From: a virus
Strand: one strand, 5' to 3'
DNA: 34,351 nucleotides
Virus record (IMG/VR): IMGVR_UViG_3300045988_172761
Coordinates: 1-34,351 of that record
The notes under the pieces were generated by a model. It searched no databases, was not told where the DNA came from, and saw only the letters and a list, made by a program, of their open reading frames with translations. Shown here in pieces: positions 18,270 to 26,264 of the stretch (position 1 is the stretch's first letter; each line of letters opens with the position of its first letter). A program made the translations under genes and the position numbers.

Positions 18270-18734
18270 ATGATCGACAAGATCTGTAAGATGAAGGACA
18301 AGCTCTGCGAGTACGCGCACCAGCAGATGCAGCAGGGCCTGGACCGCGTGGACACCCGCGAGATGGGTGCCGTGGTCGACATGATCAAGGACCTGGCCGA
18401 GGCCGAGAAGTCATGCGTGGAGGCCGACTACTACGAGTCGGTGGTCGAGGCCATGGAGGACGGCGGCGGCCGCTACGGCTACGACGAGGGCGGGTCCCCC
18501 GGCGGGCGCTCCGGCTATCGCGTGGAGTCACCCGACGGCGAGGGAGGCCGCATGGGCTACCGCAACCAGTACGGCAACTGGCCCGCCAACCCGGCCAACC
18601 GACGGCGCCGCATGCGCCGTCGCGGCTACACCGAGGAGTCGGTCGAGAACATCCGCTCCATGATGGAGGAGGCCGACCCGGCGCGCCGCGAGCAGCTCAA
18701 GCACGACCTTGAGGAACTGATGCGGGAGATGTAG
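18270..18734 (+). CDS. hypothetical acidic/Arg-rich protein (MIDKICKMKDKLCEYAHQQ...), resembling an uncharacterised Firmicute family
   Basis: 154 aa with a Cys pair near the N-terminus and an RRRRMRRRG stretch. RBS gaggagg. Confidence 0.4.
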   Translation: MIDKICKMKDKLCEYAHQQMQQGLDRVDTREMGAVVDMIKDLAEAEKSCVEADYYESVVEAMEDGGGRYGYDEGGSPGGRSGYRVESPDGEGGRMGYRNQYGNWPANPANRRRRMRRRGYTEESVENIRSMMEEADPARREQLKHDLEELMREM

Positions 18735-18736
18735 AC

Positions 18737-19096
18737 ATGATAGGGCCGATCGTCATAAACGGCGACGTGTGGAGGCCCCAGTTGGTGGACCCCGGCGACC
18801 CGAGACTTCGGGACCGCACGGGGTCCGCCCGTATAGCGACCACCGACCCCTCCACGCGCCGCGTGTACCTGTCCCGGGATCTGCGCGGGCCGTTCCTGGA
18901 CCAGGTGCTGCTGCACGAGGCGGGGCACTGCGCCATGATCAGCTACGGGCTGCTGGAGGGCCTGCACCGGATCGTGCCGGGGGAGTCGTGGGTCGACGTC
19001 GAGGAGTGGGCGTGCAACTTCCTGGCGAACTACGGCCGGGAGGTGGTGCAGGCGGTGAACGCGGCGCTGCCCAGGCCGGTGGCGCTCGCGTCGTGA
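18737..19096 (+). CDS. putative small zinc metallopeptidase (HExxH motif LLHEAGHCAM)
   Basis: 119 aa with an HEAGH motif after a conserved-looking VYLSRDL segment. Confidence 0.45.
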   Translation: MIGPIVINGDVWRPQLVDPGDPRLRDRTGSARIATTDPSTRRVYLSRDLRGPFLDQVLLHEAGHCAMISYGLLEGLHRIVPGESWVDVEEWACNFLANYGREVVQAVNAALPRPVALAS

Positions 19097-19107
19097 GGGG
19101 AGGGGAC

Positions 19108-19422
19108 GTGCTGGACCTGTCTATCATCGAGGACGAGATAGCGGCGCTTGAGGAGGAGGGCAGCACCGACTACGAGACCTGCGGGATGCTGTCGTGCCTG
19201 TACTCGGTGCGCGACAACCTGCGGTCCCGCGCACGCGCGGAGGAGGGCCACGAGGGGCCCTCCTCCGAGTTCCTGGCCGCCTGCGTCGGGATCGACGTGC
19301 CGAGCCTTATGTCGGTGCTCGACGAGCACATGTCCGCGCTGCGCGTGGTGTACCCCGCCGAGTACCAGGCGGTGATGTCGAGGATCCGCCTACTCCACGA
19401 CGCCCATCAGGCGCAGGATTAG
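19108..19422 (+). CDS. hypothetical acidic protein, last gene of the plus-strand block
   Basis: GTG start after RBS gaggggagggga. ~104 aa. It converges with the minus-strand operon. Confidence 0.3.
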   Translation: MLDLSIIEDEIAALEEEGSTDYETCGMLSCLYSVRDNLRSRARAEEGHEGPSSEFLAACVGIDVPSLMSVLDEHMSALRVVYPAEYQAVMSRIRLLHDAHQAQD

Positions 19423-19662
19423 CTCCGCGTCCTCGACGCTCGCCACCGCGCCCACCACCGCGCCCGCGCGGATCCACTCGGACAGCCTCCAGAGCTGGAT
19501 CCTGGTCGGGCGCTCCGCGCGGTCACGCTTGCACTCGAAGGCCACCATGCGCCCGCCCACGCAGCCGATCACGTCCGGGGTGCCGCGCTCTGTGTAAATG
19601 CCCCCATGGACGTTGATCGCCTTGGAGCGCGGGAGGGAGCCGAGGTACCGCAGGAGCGGCAC
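19390..19662 (-). CDS. VRR-NUC domain nuclease
   Basis: ~91 aa from the GTG at 19662. Motif GTPDVIGCVGGRMVAFECKRDRAERPTRIQL fits the VRR-NUC pattern (PD..(D/E)xK-like). The longer track ORF from 19827 has an implausible Pro/Arg-rich N-terminus. Confidence 0.5.
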   Translation of the reverse strand: MPLLRYLGSLPRSKAINVHGGIYTERGTPDVIGCVGGRMVAFECKRDRAERPTRIQLWRLSEWIRAGAVVGAVASVEDAELILRLMGVVE

Positions 19663-19693
19663 CACGACCCCCTCGTACTCCAGGCGCTCGTCC

Positions 19694-20143
19694 CTAGCCC
19701 CGCTGCCGGGCAAGGTGCCCTCCGCCCACGGGAGCCTCCCCGTGCCCCTCGGAGGCGGCGTCGGGACACTCGTACCGGGCCCTCTCCTCGCGTGTCGCGG
19801 AGAGGCGTCCTGCCACCTCGGAGACATACTCGGGGCGGGTCGGGATGTCCTGCATGGCCGGGAGGTGGTCCTCCGTCCACAGGGCCATCAGCAGGTTGGT
19901 GGCCGCAGCCACCAAGTGGTCCTCGTCGGTCTGGCCGTCCATGTACTTGAAGACGTGCCGCATGGCCGAGTCGAGGAAGCAGTGCATGGGCAGGCCCCTC
20001 TCCCAGTTGCGCTCCTCGTGGTCCGCGAGCGAGTTCTCCATGTGCCGCGCCACGCGCAGCAGGGCCGAGTGCGGCAACAGGTCGCACCTTCCCTTGCCGC
20101 CGGTGTCGCGCACGGCCCCCGTCTCATACCTCACGCCGATCAC
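19694..20143 (-). CDS. DUF550-like (MazZ-like) nucleotide pyrophosphohydrolase
   Basis: 149 aa with a GTGA overlap to the dUTPase stop. The segment DLLPHSALLRVARHMENSLADHEERNWERGLPMHCFLDSAMRHVFKYMDGQTDEDHLVAAATNLLMALWTEDH matches my recollection of the DUF550 consensus (R.DLIP..AL..LA...G..KYG.NW.KG.......S..RH...W..GE.D..SG..HL.A...N). Confidence 0.5.
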   Translation of the reverse strand: MIGVRYETGAVRDTGGKGRCDLLPHSALLRVARHMENSLADHEERNWERGLPMHCFLDSAMRHVFKYMDGQTDEDHLVAAATNLLMALWTEDHLPAMQDIPTRPEYVSEVAGRLSATREERARYECPDAASEGHGEAPVGGGHLARQRG

Positions 20144-20574
20144 TCCCCCGTGGACCCGAAGCCGCCCTCGCCGCGACCGTCCGGGCTGCCGGGCAGCACG
20201 TCGACCTCCGACCACCGCACGTCCTCGATCACGTGGAAGAGCACCTGCGCCAGTCGCATCCCCGGGCGAACCTCCATCGGCTCGTCTCCCATGTTGTGCA
20301 CGCACACGAACAGCTCCCCCCGGTAGCCGTTGTCGATTATCCCCTCGTTGACCAGCAGGCGGTGCTTGCGGAGGCTGGAGCTGCGGCCCGTGATCCTGGC
20401 GTACAGGCGCGGGGGCATGGAGATGTAGATGTCGGTGTGCACGTCCACGGTCTCTCCGGGCCCGACCGTCACCGGGCGGCTCGCGTACAGATCCCACCCC
20501 GCGTCGCCGGAGTGGCGCTTGAAGGGGCGGCGCGCCCCCTCCCCCAGCCTGTAGTCCACGTAGCGCGCGGCCAT
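20140..20574 (-). CDS. dut: dUTPase-like (trimeric dUTP diphosphatase fold)
   Basis: 144 aa with all five dUTPase motifs: GDAGWDLYA, GRSSSLRKH, IDNGYRGEL, GMRLAQVLF and RGEGGFGSTG. Confidence 0.8.
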   Translation of the reverse strand: MAARYVDYRLGEGARRPFKRHSGDAGWDLYASRPVTVGPGETVDVHTDIYISMPPRLYARITGRSSSLRKHRLLVNEGIIDNGYRGELFVCVHNMGDEPMEVRPGMRLAQVLFHVIEDVRWSEVDVLPGSPDGRGEGGFGSTGE

Positions 20575-21626
20575 CACTCCGCCACCTCCGCGACGCTGTC
20601 GGGGCCGGTGCCGAAGTAGCGCACGCGGCCCGTCAGGCCGGCGGCCTCCAGGAACTCCGACATGGGCGCGCTGTCGCGCACCTGCGAGACGCTGCGCGTG
20701 CCCGCGAGCGCGGGGTCCACGTAGTCGCAGAAGGTGAGAGCGACCTCGGTCGGGGCGTTCAGCAGCTCCGACTGCCGGAACAGCTCCGGGTCCCAGTGGG
20801 CCACGCGGCGGACCTTGTGGGTCACCGTCGTGCGCTCCACGACCTGGTGCCCGACGCGCTCCGAGATCTCGCCCCACTCGGTCTCGCCCTCCATGGGGCC
20901 GGAGTTGCCCGCCACGCGGATGGGGAACGTGCGACAGACCATCAGCACGTCGGTCAGTCGCGACGGGGCCACCCCGACCTCCGAGATCATGCCCGCCGCG
21001 TTGGTGTCGACGCTGGTGCAGTAGGGCCAATGGGAGTGCAGCAGGCTGAGGCCCGAGCCCTGCGTGCCCTCGATCAGCACGTCCTCCCCGGCGTCCTGCC
21101 ACCCCGCGATCAGGCCCGGGGTGTTGTTCACGCAGCACACGCTGAGGCCGTAGTCGTCGCACACGTCCCCGAACAGGCGGAACTTCTCCGGGTCGCGCTC
21201 CAGGCGGGCGATCCTGGCGGGGCCCACCCCCTCACCGGTGGAGCCGATACGGCGGTGCATCTCGCCGTTGATCCCGCCCTCCTGCTCGTGGAACCTCTCA
21301 TCGAGGATCCCGGCGCAGGAGTCGATGTACAGGCGGCTCAGGAAGTCCGGGTAGTACTGCAGGATGTGCACCAGCTCGTTCATCAGCAGGCGCATGTTTA
21401 GCAGCGCCCCGCGCCCGATCACGATCTTGGCCTCCGGGTTGATCCACCCGCACGGGATCGACTGCATGACGTGCTTAGCGCCGTGCCAGTAGATCGTGTG
21501 GCCGGCGTTGGGGGAGCCCACGCGCACGTGGACGCTGTAGCGGTCGGCCACGTGGCGGGCGATCGCCCCCTTGCCCTCGCTGCCGTACTGGCCGCCCACC
21601 AGGGCGCACATCTTTCCTCTAGACAT
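20574..21626 (-). CDS. purZ: adenylosuccinate synthetase homologue, short form (PurZ-like, 2-aminoadenine pathway)
   Basis: 350 aa. The PurA-like P-loop reads MCALVGGQYGSEGKGA, with a GSTGEGVGPA motif. It is ~80 aa shorter than cellular PurA, as PurZ is, and sits next to the DUF550, HD and PolA genes. Confidence 0.65.
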   Translation of the reverse strand: MSRGKMCALVGGQYGSEGKGAIARHVADRYSVHVRVGSPNAGHTIYWHGAKHVMQSIPCGWINPEAKIVIGRGALLNMRLLMNELVHILQYYPDFLSRLYIDSCAGILDERFHEQEGGINGEMHRRIGSTGEGVGPARIARLERDPEKFRLFGDVCDDYGLSVCCVNNTPGLIAGWQDAGEDVLIEGTQGSGLSLLHSHWPYCTSVDTNAAGMISEVGVAPSRLTDVLMVCRTFPIRVAGNSGPMEGETEWGEISERVGHQVVERTTVTHKVRRVAHWDPELFRQSELLNAPTEVALTFCDYVDPALAGTRSVSQVRDSAPMSEFLEAAGLTGRVRYFGTGPDSVAEVAE

Positions 21627-22011
21627 CTAAAACCACCTTTCTGACGCTGTGCTCCAGGCACTTCAGCGCCTCGTCGTATCCCCTCTCCGCCATGGTCTTG
21701 CGGAATCGGGCGTCCTTGTCGTCCATGTACACGTCCGCGTACACCTTGCGGGTGCCGTTAGGGTACAGGTCCCTGTACTGCGCCCTGTTGCTGGGGGCGT
21801 TGTCGTTCACCGCGCAGAAGTGCAGCCCCCGGTCCTCGCACCAGCGCACCGCCTCCACGAGCTTGTCGTCGGCGCGGCTGGTCCACAGCACCACCTCGTG
21901 GCCCGCGTCGGCGATCTCGCGCACCAGCGAGATTATCCGGTAGTTCGGGGCCCCGATCTCCGGGAACTCGTCCCGGCACAGCACCCCGTCGAAGTCCACC
22001 GCCACGATCAC
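21619..22011 (-). CDS. HAD-superfamily-like small hydrolase (DxDG motif VAVDFDGVL)
   Basis: 130 aa from a GTG preceded by RBS ggggaggggg. The N-terminal region before it in the track ORF is a GC artefact. Confidence 0.4.
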   Translation of the reverse strand: MIVAVDFDGVLCRDEFPEIGAPNYRIISLVREIADAGHEVVLWTSRADDKLVEAVRWCEDRGLHFCAVNDNAPSNRAQYRDLYPNGTRKVYADVYMDDKDARFRKTMAERGYDEALKCLEHSVRKVVLDV

Positions 22012-22124
22012 GGGGCGACACCCCCTCCCCAGGCCATCGACACCAGCCACACCAGCCCCCAGGCCAGCAGGCGCAGGGCCCGCACGGCCAGCGCCGCTAT
22101 GATCGCCAGCGTGGCCATGGTCAT
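22008..22124 (-). CDS. possible small membrane peptide (38 aa, one or two TM helices)
   Basis: Hydrophobic ORF between the PolA and HAD genes. There is no clear RBS. Confidence 0.15.
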   Translation of the reverse strand: MTMATLAIIAALAVRALRLLAWGLVWLVSMAWGGGVAP

Positions 22125-22186
22125 CAGCGCCACCAGCGCGCAGGCCAGCACCCTGGCCCACAGCGGGGCGCCTCCTCCCTCGTCCG

Positions 22187-24031
22187 TCACGATATCCCCT
22201 CCCGGGCCTCTGGGGCGCAGTCCGGTACCGGCGCCTCGCCGAGCCATGTCGGGCCGCCGTCCCAGTCATGGAACGTGCCCCAGGACCCTCCGTACTCGAT
22301 GTCCACCCCGACCGCCGGGACGAACTCGAAGTCCTCCATTATCAGCTTGATGGTTGGCAGCGCCACGTCGAGCGCCCCCTCCGGCACCTCGAATATCACC
22401 GAGTCGTGCACCTGCATCAGCAGGTGGCCCCCTATGTCGTGGATGGCCGGGTACAGGCGCGAGATCGCCACGCGGACGATCTCGGCCACGCCGCCCTGGA
22501 TCAGGTTGGACATAGCCTTGTGAGGGTCGGCCTCCGGCACGTTGAAGTGCCGGATGCGGCCCGTCCACATCTCGATGTAGCCGTACTGCTTGGCGAACTC
22601 CTCGCACTGGGACATCAGGCGGCGGAAGCCCGGGTACAGCGCGTGGTAACGCTCCAGGTAGTCGCGCGCCTGCTCCACTGGCTCCTTGAGGTTGTCCGCC
22701 AGCTTGCGGGCCCCGATGCCGTAGATGACCGAGAAGTTGAGGCGCTTCGCCGCGTTGCGCGGGATCCCCAGCAGCTCCGCCGTGGCGGAGTGCAGGTCCG
22801 CGCCGTCCTCGATCAGCTTGCGCATGGTCGGGTCCTGTGTGTAGTGCGTGACCAGGCGCATCTCGGCCTGCTTGTAGTCCGCCTGAATCATCACCATGCC
22901 GGGCCGGGCCGTGAACACGTCCTTGACCTTGAAGACCTCGGTGGCCTTGGCCACGGCCTGCAGGTTCGGGTGCGAGCACGACAGGCGGCCCGTGTAGGTG
23001 CCGATCAGGTTGAGGTTGCAGTGCAGCACGTCATCCTCGTCGGCCTGCTCCAGGTACGGCGTGTAGTATCGGCTGTTCACCGACAGCCACCCGCGCGCCT
23101 CCTGCACCAGCCGCGCGCGCTCCGCGCCCTCCCCGCCCGCGTCGATCAGGTCCTGCAGCACCGCCGCCGCGCTGGAGGTCGTCCCCAGGAACTCGCACAC
23201 GCGCTTGGGGCTGTTGGGGTTCAGGTCGAACCCAGCGGCCTCGTGCAGGGCCTTCACGGCCCTGGTGGCGTTGCCCTCGGCCTCGGCGCGGTAGTGCTCC
23301 AGCATGGGGCGGTCCACGTGCATGCCGCGCTGCTCCATCTGCACCACTACATAGTCGTAGTAGCACGCCTGGCGGAAGATCTCCTCCAGGCCCTGGGCAC
23401 GCAGCGCCTCGCGCAGGTAGCCCATGAGCTGCCGGGTGAGGCGCACGTCGTCGCAGGCGTAGGGTTCCACGTCGGCGGGTGGCAGGACATACATCATGGA
23501 CTTCACGTTGTGCTCGGCCCTGGGGGAGCGGCTGCACTCCAGGCCGAGGCGTCGGCACTCCTCGAACACCCTGTCCTCCAGGATCGACTCCTGCAGGGAC
23601 CCGTCCCCGATCCTATATCGGTCGCACACCTCCTTCAGCTTGAACGACGGCTCGTTCTCGTTGATCAGGTGCAGGGCGAGCATGGCGTCCTCGAACTTGG
23701 GCGGGATCGCGATCCCCTCCGCCGCCAGCATGTGCAGGTCGAAGCCGTAATTGAAGCCTAGGTACGTGCGGTGCTCGTCCGAGAGATAGCGCCCCAGGAA
23801 GCCGTCAGGATCCAGCAGCCCATCGGGCAGGTTGGCACCCTGCTCGTGCCGGAACGGGAAGTAGTACGCCTCGGTGCTGGTGTCGACGGAGATCCCTATC
23901 ACGCGGTCCCGGGCCCGGCCCGGACGCCCGAAGGCGTCCAGGCCGGTGGTCTCGGTGTCTACGCAGGGGTCCATGCACGCCAGGAGGTCAGGGGCTACCT
24001 CGCGCAGCTTGTCCAGCGTGTCGACCAGCAT
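22187..24031 (-). CDS. family A DNA polymerase (PolA-like, DpoZ candidate) with 3'-5' exonuclease domain
   Basis: 614 aa. The exonuclease motif is VDTETTGLD, motif A is DYKQAEMRLV and motif C is QVHDSVIFE. Confidence 0.9.
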   Translation of the reverse strand: MLVDTLDKLREVAPDLLACMDPCVDTETTGLDAFGRPGRARDRVIGISVDTSTEAYYFPFRHEQGANLPDGLLDPDGFLGRYLSDEHRTYLGFNYGFDLHMLAAEGIAIPPKFEDAMLALHLINENEPSFKLKEVCDRYRIGDGSLQESILEDRVFEECRRLGLECSRSPRAEHNVKSMMYVLPPADVEPYACDDVRLTRQLMGYLREALRAQGLEEIFRQACYYDYVVVQMEQRGMHVDRPMLEHYRAEAEGNATRAVKALHEAAGFDLNPNSPKRVCEFLGTTSSAAAVLQDLIDAGGEGAERARLVQEARGWLSVNSRYYTPYLEQADEDDVLHCNLNLIGTYTGRLSCSHPNLQAVAKATEVFKVKDVFTARPGMVMIQADYKQAEMRLVTHYTQDPTMRKLIEDGADLHSATAELLGIPRNAAKRLNFSVIYGIGARKLADNLKEPVEQARDYLERYHALYPGFRRLMSQCEEFAKQYGYIEMWTGRIRHFNVPEADPHKAMSNLIQGGVAEIVRVAISRLYPAIHDIGGHLLMQVHDSVIFEVPEGALDVALPTIKLIMEDFEFVPAVGVDIEYGGSWGTFHDWDGGPTWLGEAPVPDCAPEAREGIS

Positions 24032-24032
24032 C

Positions 24033-24500
24033 CTACTTGCCCATCTCGGAGAGCGGGATCACGCGCGAGATCTGGGAGCGCTTGTTGCCGTTGTACTCGG
24101 TGTCCTCGACGACCGCGCCGCACTCCTTGCCGATCACGTCCGAGCGCTTGAACTTCACCACGCTGCCGGTCTGGCCGATGCCGAGCGCCACCACGGTCTC
24201 GGCCACCTTCCACATGGCCGCCGGGGTGATCGCGGTGAAGACCTTGAGCATGCGCCCGTCGTGCCCGCCGCCGACGATCTCGAAGTCCCAGACGAACATC
24301 GGGTTACCGCCTTTGGACACCGACTGCCGGACGTCCGCGCAGCGCACGCGGTAGGTCCCCTCGGGGATTAGGCCCGAGGACTCGACCTCGGTCAGGTCGA
24401 CGGCGAACTCGTCGGAGGACGCCTGCGCGGCGGCCCCTCCGGGCCCCGGCATGGGGGTGCTGGTGGCGGTGCTGGGCATGAATGGGTTGTTGTTAGCCAT
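24033..24500 (-). CDS. DUF669-family phage protein (SSB-like partner of Sak4)
   Basis: 155 aa. RBS gaaggag. Motifs GTYRVRCADV and MFVWDFEIVGG. It lies adjacent to the AAA_24 ATPase, as DUF669 genes typically do. Confidence 0.55.
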   Translation of the reverse strand: MANNNPFMPSTATSTPMPGPGGAAAQASSDEFAVDLTEVESSGLIPEGTYRVRCADVRQSVSKGGNPMFVWDFEIVGGGHDGRMLKVFTAITPAAMWKVAETVVALGIGQTGSVVKFKRSDVIGKECGAVVEDTEYNGNKRSQISRVIPLSEMGK

Positions 24501-24511
24501 GGTTACTCCTT

Positions 24512-25303
24512 CTACTCGTGGCTGCTTACTGACTGATAGATACCCATGAGCTGCGCGAGGTTCGGGTCGCGCACCACCGGGCCTATGGCCTCGGCGAACT
24601 CGCTGCCGCGCGTCTTGGCGGCGTAGTTGTTCATGGGCTGGGTGAGCATGTAGCGGTGGGTCTCGGTGCGGAAGCCCTCCCCCTCCGGCACCTGCTCGTC
24701 GGCGGTGTAGAGATACCAGACGAAGTCCATGTAGCCCATGACCGAGGTCGACAGCTTCTCGGTGAGGTTGGGCTTGGACTCCTCCAGCACGTTGGTGCCG
24801 GGGCGCATGCGGTCCTTGCGGTGCGCGATGTAGATCACGTTCACCGGGAGGTCGCGGAACCCGCGCAGGACGCGGGCGATCTGCTTGCCCGCCAGGCCGT
24901 AATCCTCCAGGTACACCTGGTCGATTGTATACGTCCGGTCCTTCTTCTTGCGGCTCGCGTACTCGGACGTGGTGATACCCTCCAGGGCGAGCGTCTGCAG
25001 CTCCGTCACGTTGTCGATGACGACGGTCTTGGTCGTGGCGTACTTCTCGTCCCTCGCCGCCAGCGAGTGCAGCTCCCGCTCCAGGTCGGTGACCGACCGC
25101 ACGTCGGTGGCGTGGATGTCGCCGCGCTGGGCCAGCGTCATCATGCCGCCGTCGATGTTGAACACGTGCACGTCCGCCATGTAGGGGCTGTCCTGCGCCG
25201 TGCCGGCGAGGAAGGTCTTGCCCGAGCCGGGGTCGCCGTAGATCATGATGTTCATCTTGTCGGTGAACGAGGAGGGGGTGATCAGGTACGCGTCACTCGC
25301 CAT
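24512..25303 (-). CDS. Sak4-like AAA_24 family ATPase (RecA-fold ssDNA annealing/recombination protein)
   Basis: 263 aa with Walker A IYGDPGSGKT. RBS gaggagg. Confidence 0.75.
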   Translation of the reverse strand: MASDAYLITPSSFTDKMNIMIYGDPGSGKTFLAGTAQDSPYMADVHVFNIDGGMMTLAQRGDIHATDVRSVTDLERELHSLAARDEKYATTKTVVIDNVTELQTLALEGITTSEYASRKKKDRTYTIDQVYLEDYGLAGKQIARVLRGFRDLPVNVIYIAHRKDRMRPGTNVLEESKPNLTEKLSTSVMGYMDFVWYLYTADEQVPEGEGFRTETHRYMLTQPMNNYAAKTRGSEFAEAIGPVVRDPNLAQLMGIYQSVSSHE

Positions 25304-25613
25304 CGTCTACCTCCTCGCCGCCCGGGCACGCGGAACACCCACCGCAGCAGTCGGCGCACGACTCGGGGTCGTCGCCCTCCCCGCAGCCCGCATCCTCCGG
25401 CGCGATCGGGCGCTTGCGCTCCTGCAGGACGTTCTGGCACCCGCAGTGCGGGCAGTCGATCGCGTCGTACCACGCGGTCTCCACCTCTCCTGTGATCACC
25501 GCGACGACCCCGCCGCGCTCCACGTCCCGGGCCACGTACGTCTCCTCCGCGATCAGCGGGAAGTCGCGCCCGCAGATATCGCAGGTGACCATACCCTTGA
25601 TCTTGCTCTTCAT
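25293..25613 (-). CDS. zinc-ribbon protein with an acidic Cys-rich C-terminal tail (CADCCGGCSACPGG)
   Basis: 106 aa starting at MKSKIKG with RBS gaggagac. Two CxxC pairs: CDIC and CPHC. Confidence 0.45.
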   Translation of the reverse strand: MKSKIKGMVTCDICGRDFPLIAEETYVARDVERGGVVAVITGEVETAWYDAIDCPHCGCQNVLQERKRPIAPEDAGCGEGDDPESCADCCGGCSACPGGEEVDDGE

Positions 25614-25626
25614 CCGAGTCTCCTCT

Positions 25627-26199
25627 CTACTTCTCGTCCACGTACGTCGCGGCCTCGTCGGCCACGTGCAGCAGCCAGGCCAGCGGGTTAGCCGCGTAGA
25701 CCGGGCTGGGGTTGCTGTAGCTGGTCGCGTCGAACTGCCCCATGTGGCAGTTGATCGCCGCCGCCTCCTCCGGGGACAGCTCCACGAAGTGCTGCACCAG
25801 GTAGACGCTCTTGGACCCGTGCCCACCGAAGGGGAACTTCTCCTCGAACTTGTAGCAGGGCACGCGGTGCCACTGCCCGCGCTCGTCCTTGACGTTGCGG
25901 AAGTCCCGCACGTAGCAGTCCGCCTTGCACACGTCGTGCAGCAGGGCGCACAGAGCCATCGACTCCTTGGCCAGGCCGAACCCGAGGCCGGCGTCGAGCT
26001 GCAGCAGGCGGTCGCACACCGCCAGCGAGTGCTCCACCAGCCCGCCCTCGTGCGCCCCGTGCCAGCGGGTACTGGCGGGGGCCTGGAAGAAGTCCGAGCC
26101 CTCCAGCCAGGCGATCAGGGCCTCCACCCCCTCCCTGCCGGTCGCGCGCAGCCTGTCCTCGAACTCGGAGGCGGCGTCGCTCAGAACCTCGTTTGCCAT
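25627..26199 (-). CDS. HD-domain phosphohydrolase (DatZ-like dNTP triphosphohydrolase candidate)
   Basis: 190 aa. HD motifs are HEGGLVEHSL and LLHDVCK. RBS agaggagaag. It is the first gene of the operon behind promoter 26230..26259. Confidence 0.75.
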   Translation of the reverse strand: MANEVLSDAASEFEDRLRATGREGVEALIAWLEGSDFFQAPASTRWHGAHEGGLVEHSLAVCDRLLQLDAGLGFGLAKESMALCALLHDVCKADCYVRDFRNVKDERGQWHRVPCYKFEEKFPFGGHGSKSVYLVQHFVELSPEEAAAINCHMGQFDATSYSNPSPVYAANPLAWLLHVADEAATYVDEK

Positions 26200-26229
26200 G
26201 TCTTCTCCTCTCTACTGGATGGCGGGACC

Positions 26230-26259
26230 ATCGTATCACGACCCTGCCCACCCTGTCAA
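26230..26259 (-). promoter_or_regulatory. sigma70-type promoter TTGACA-N18-TACGAT
   Basis: -35 at 26254..26259 and -10 at 26230..26235 on the minus strand. It lies inside a 20-bp repeat (26253..26272) shared with 29430..29449. Confidence 0.45.
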
Positions 26260-26264
26260 GTGGT

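Noticed and set aside
19390-19827. Longer VRR-NUC ORF starting at the ATG at 19827
   Set aside because: The N-terminal 54 residues are Pro/Arg-rich and overlap the DUF550 gene. The GTG at 19662 gives a canonical ~90-aa VRR-NUC protein.
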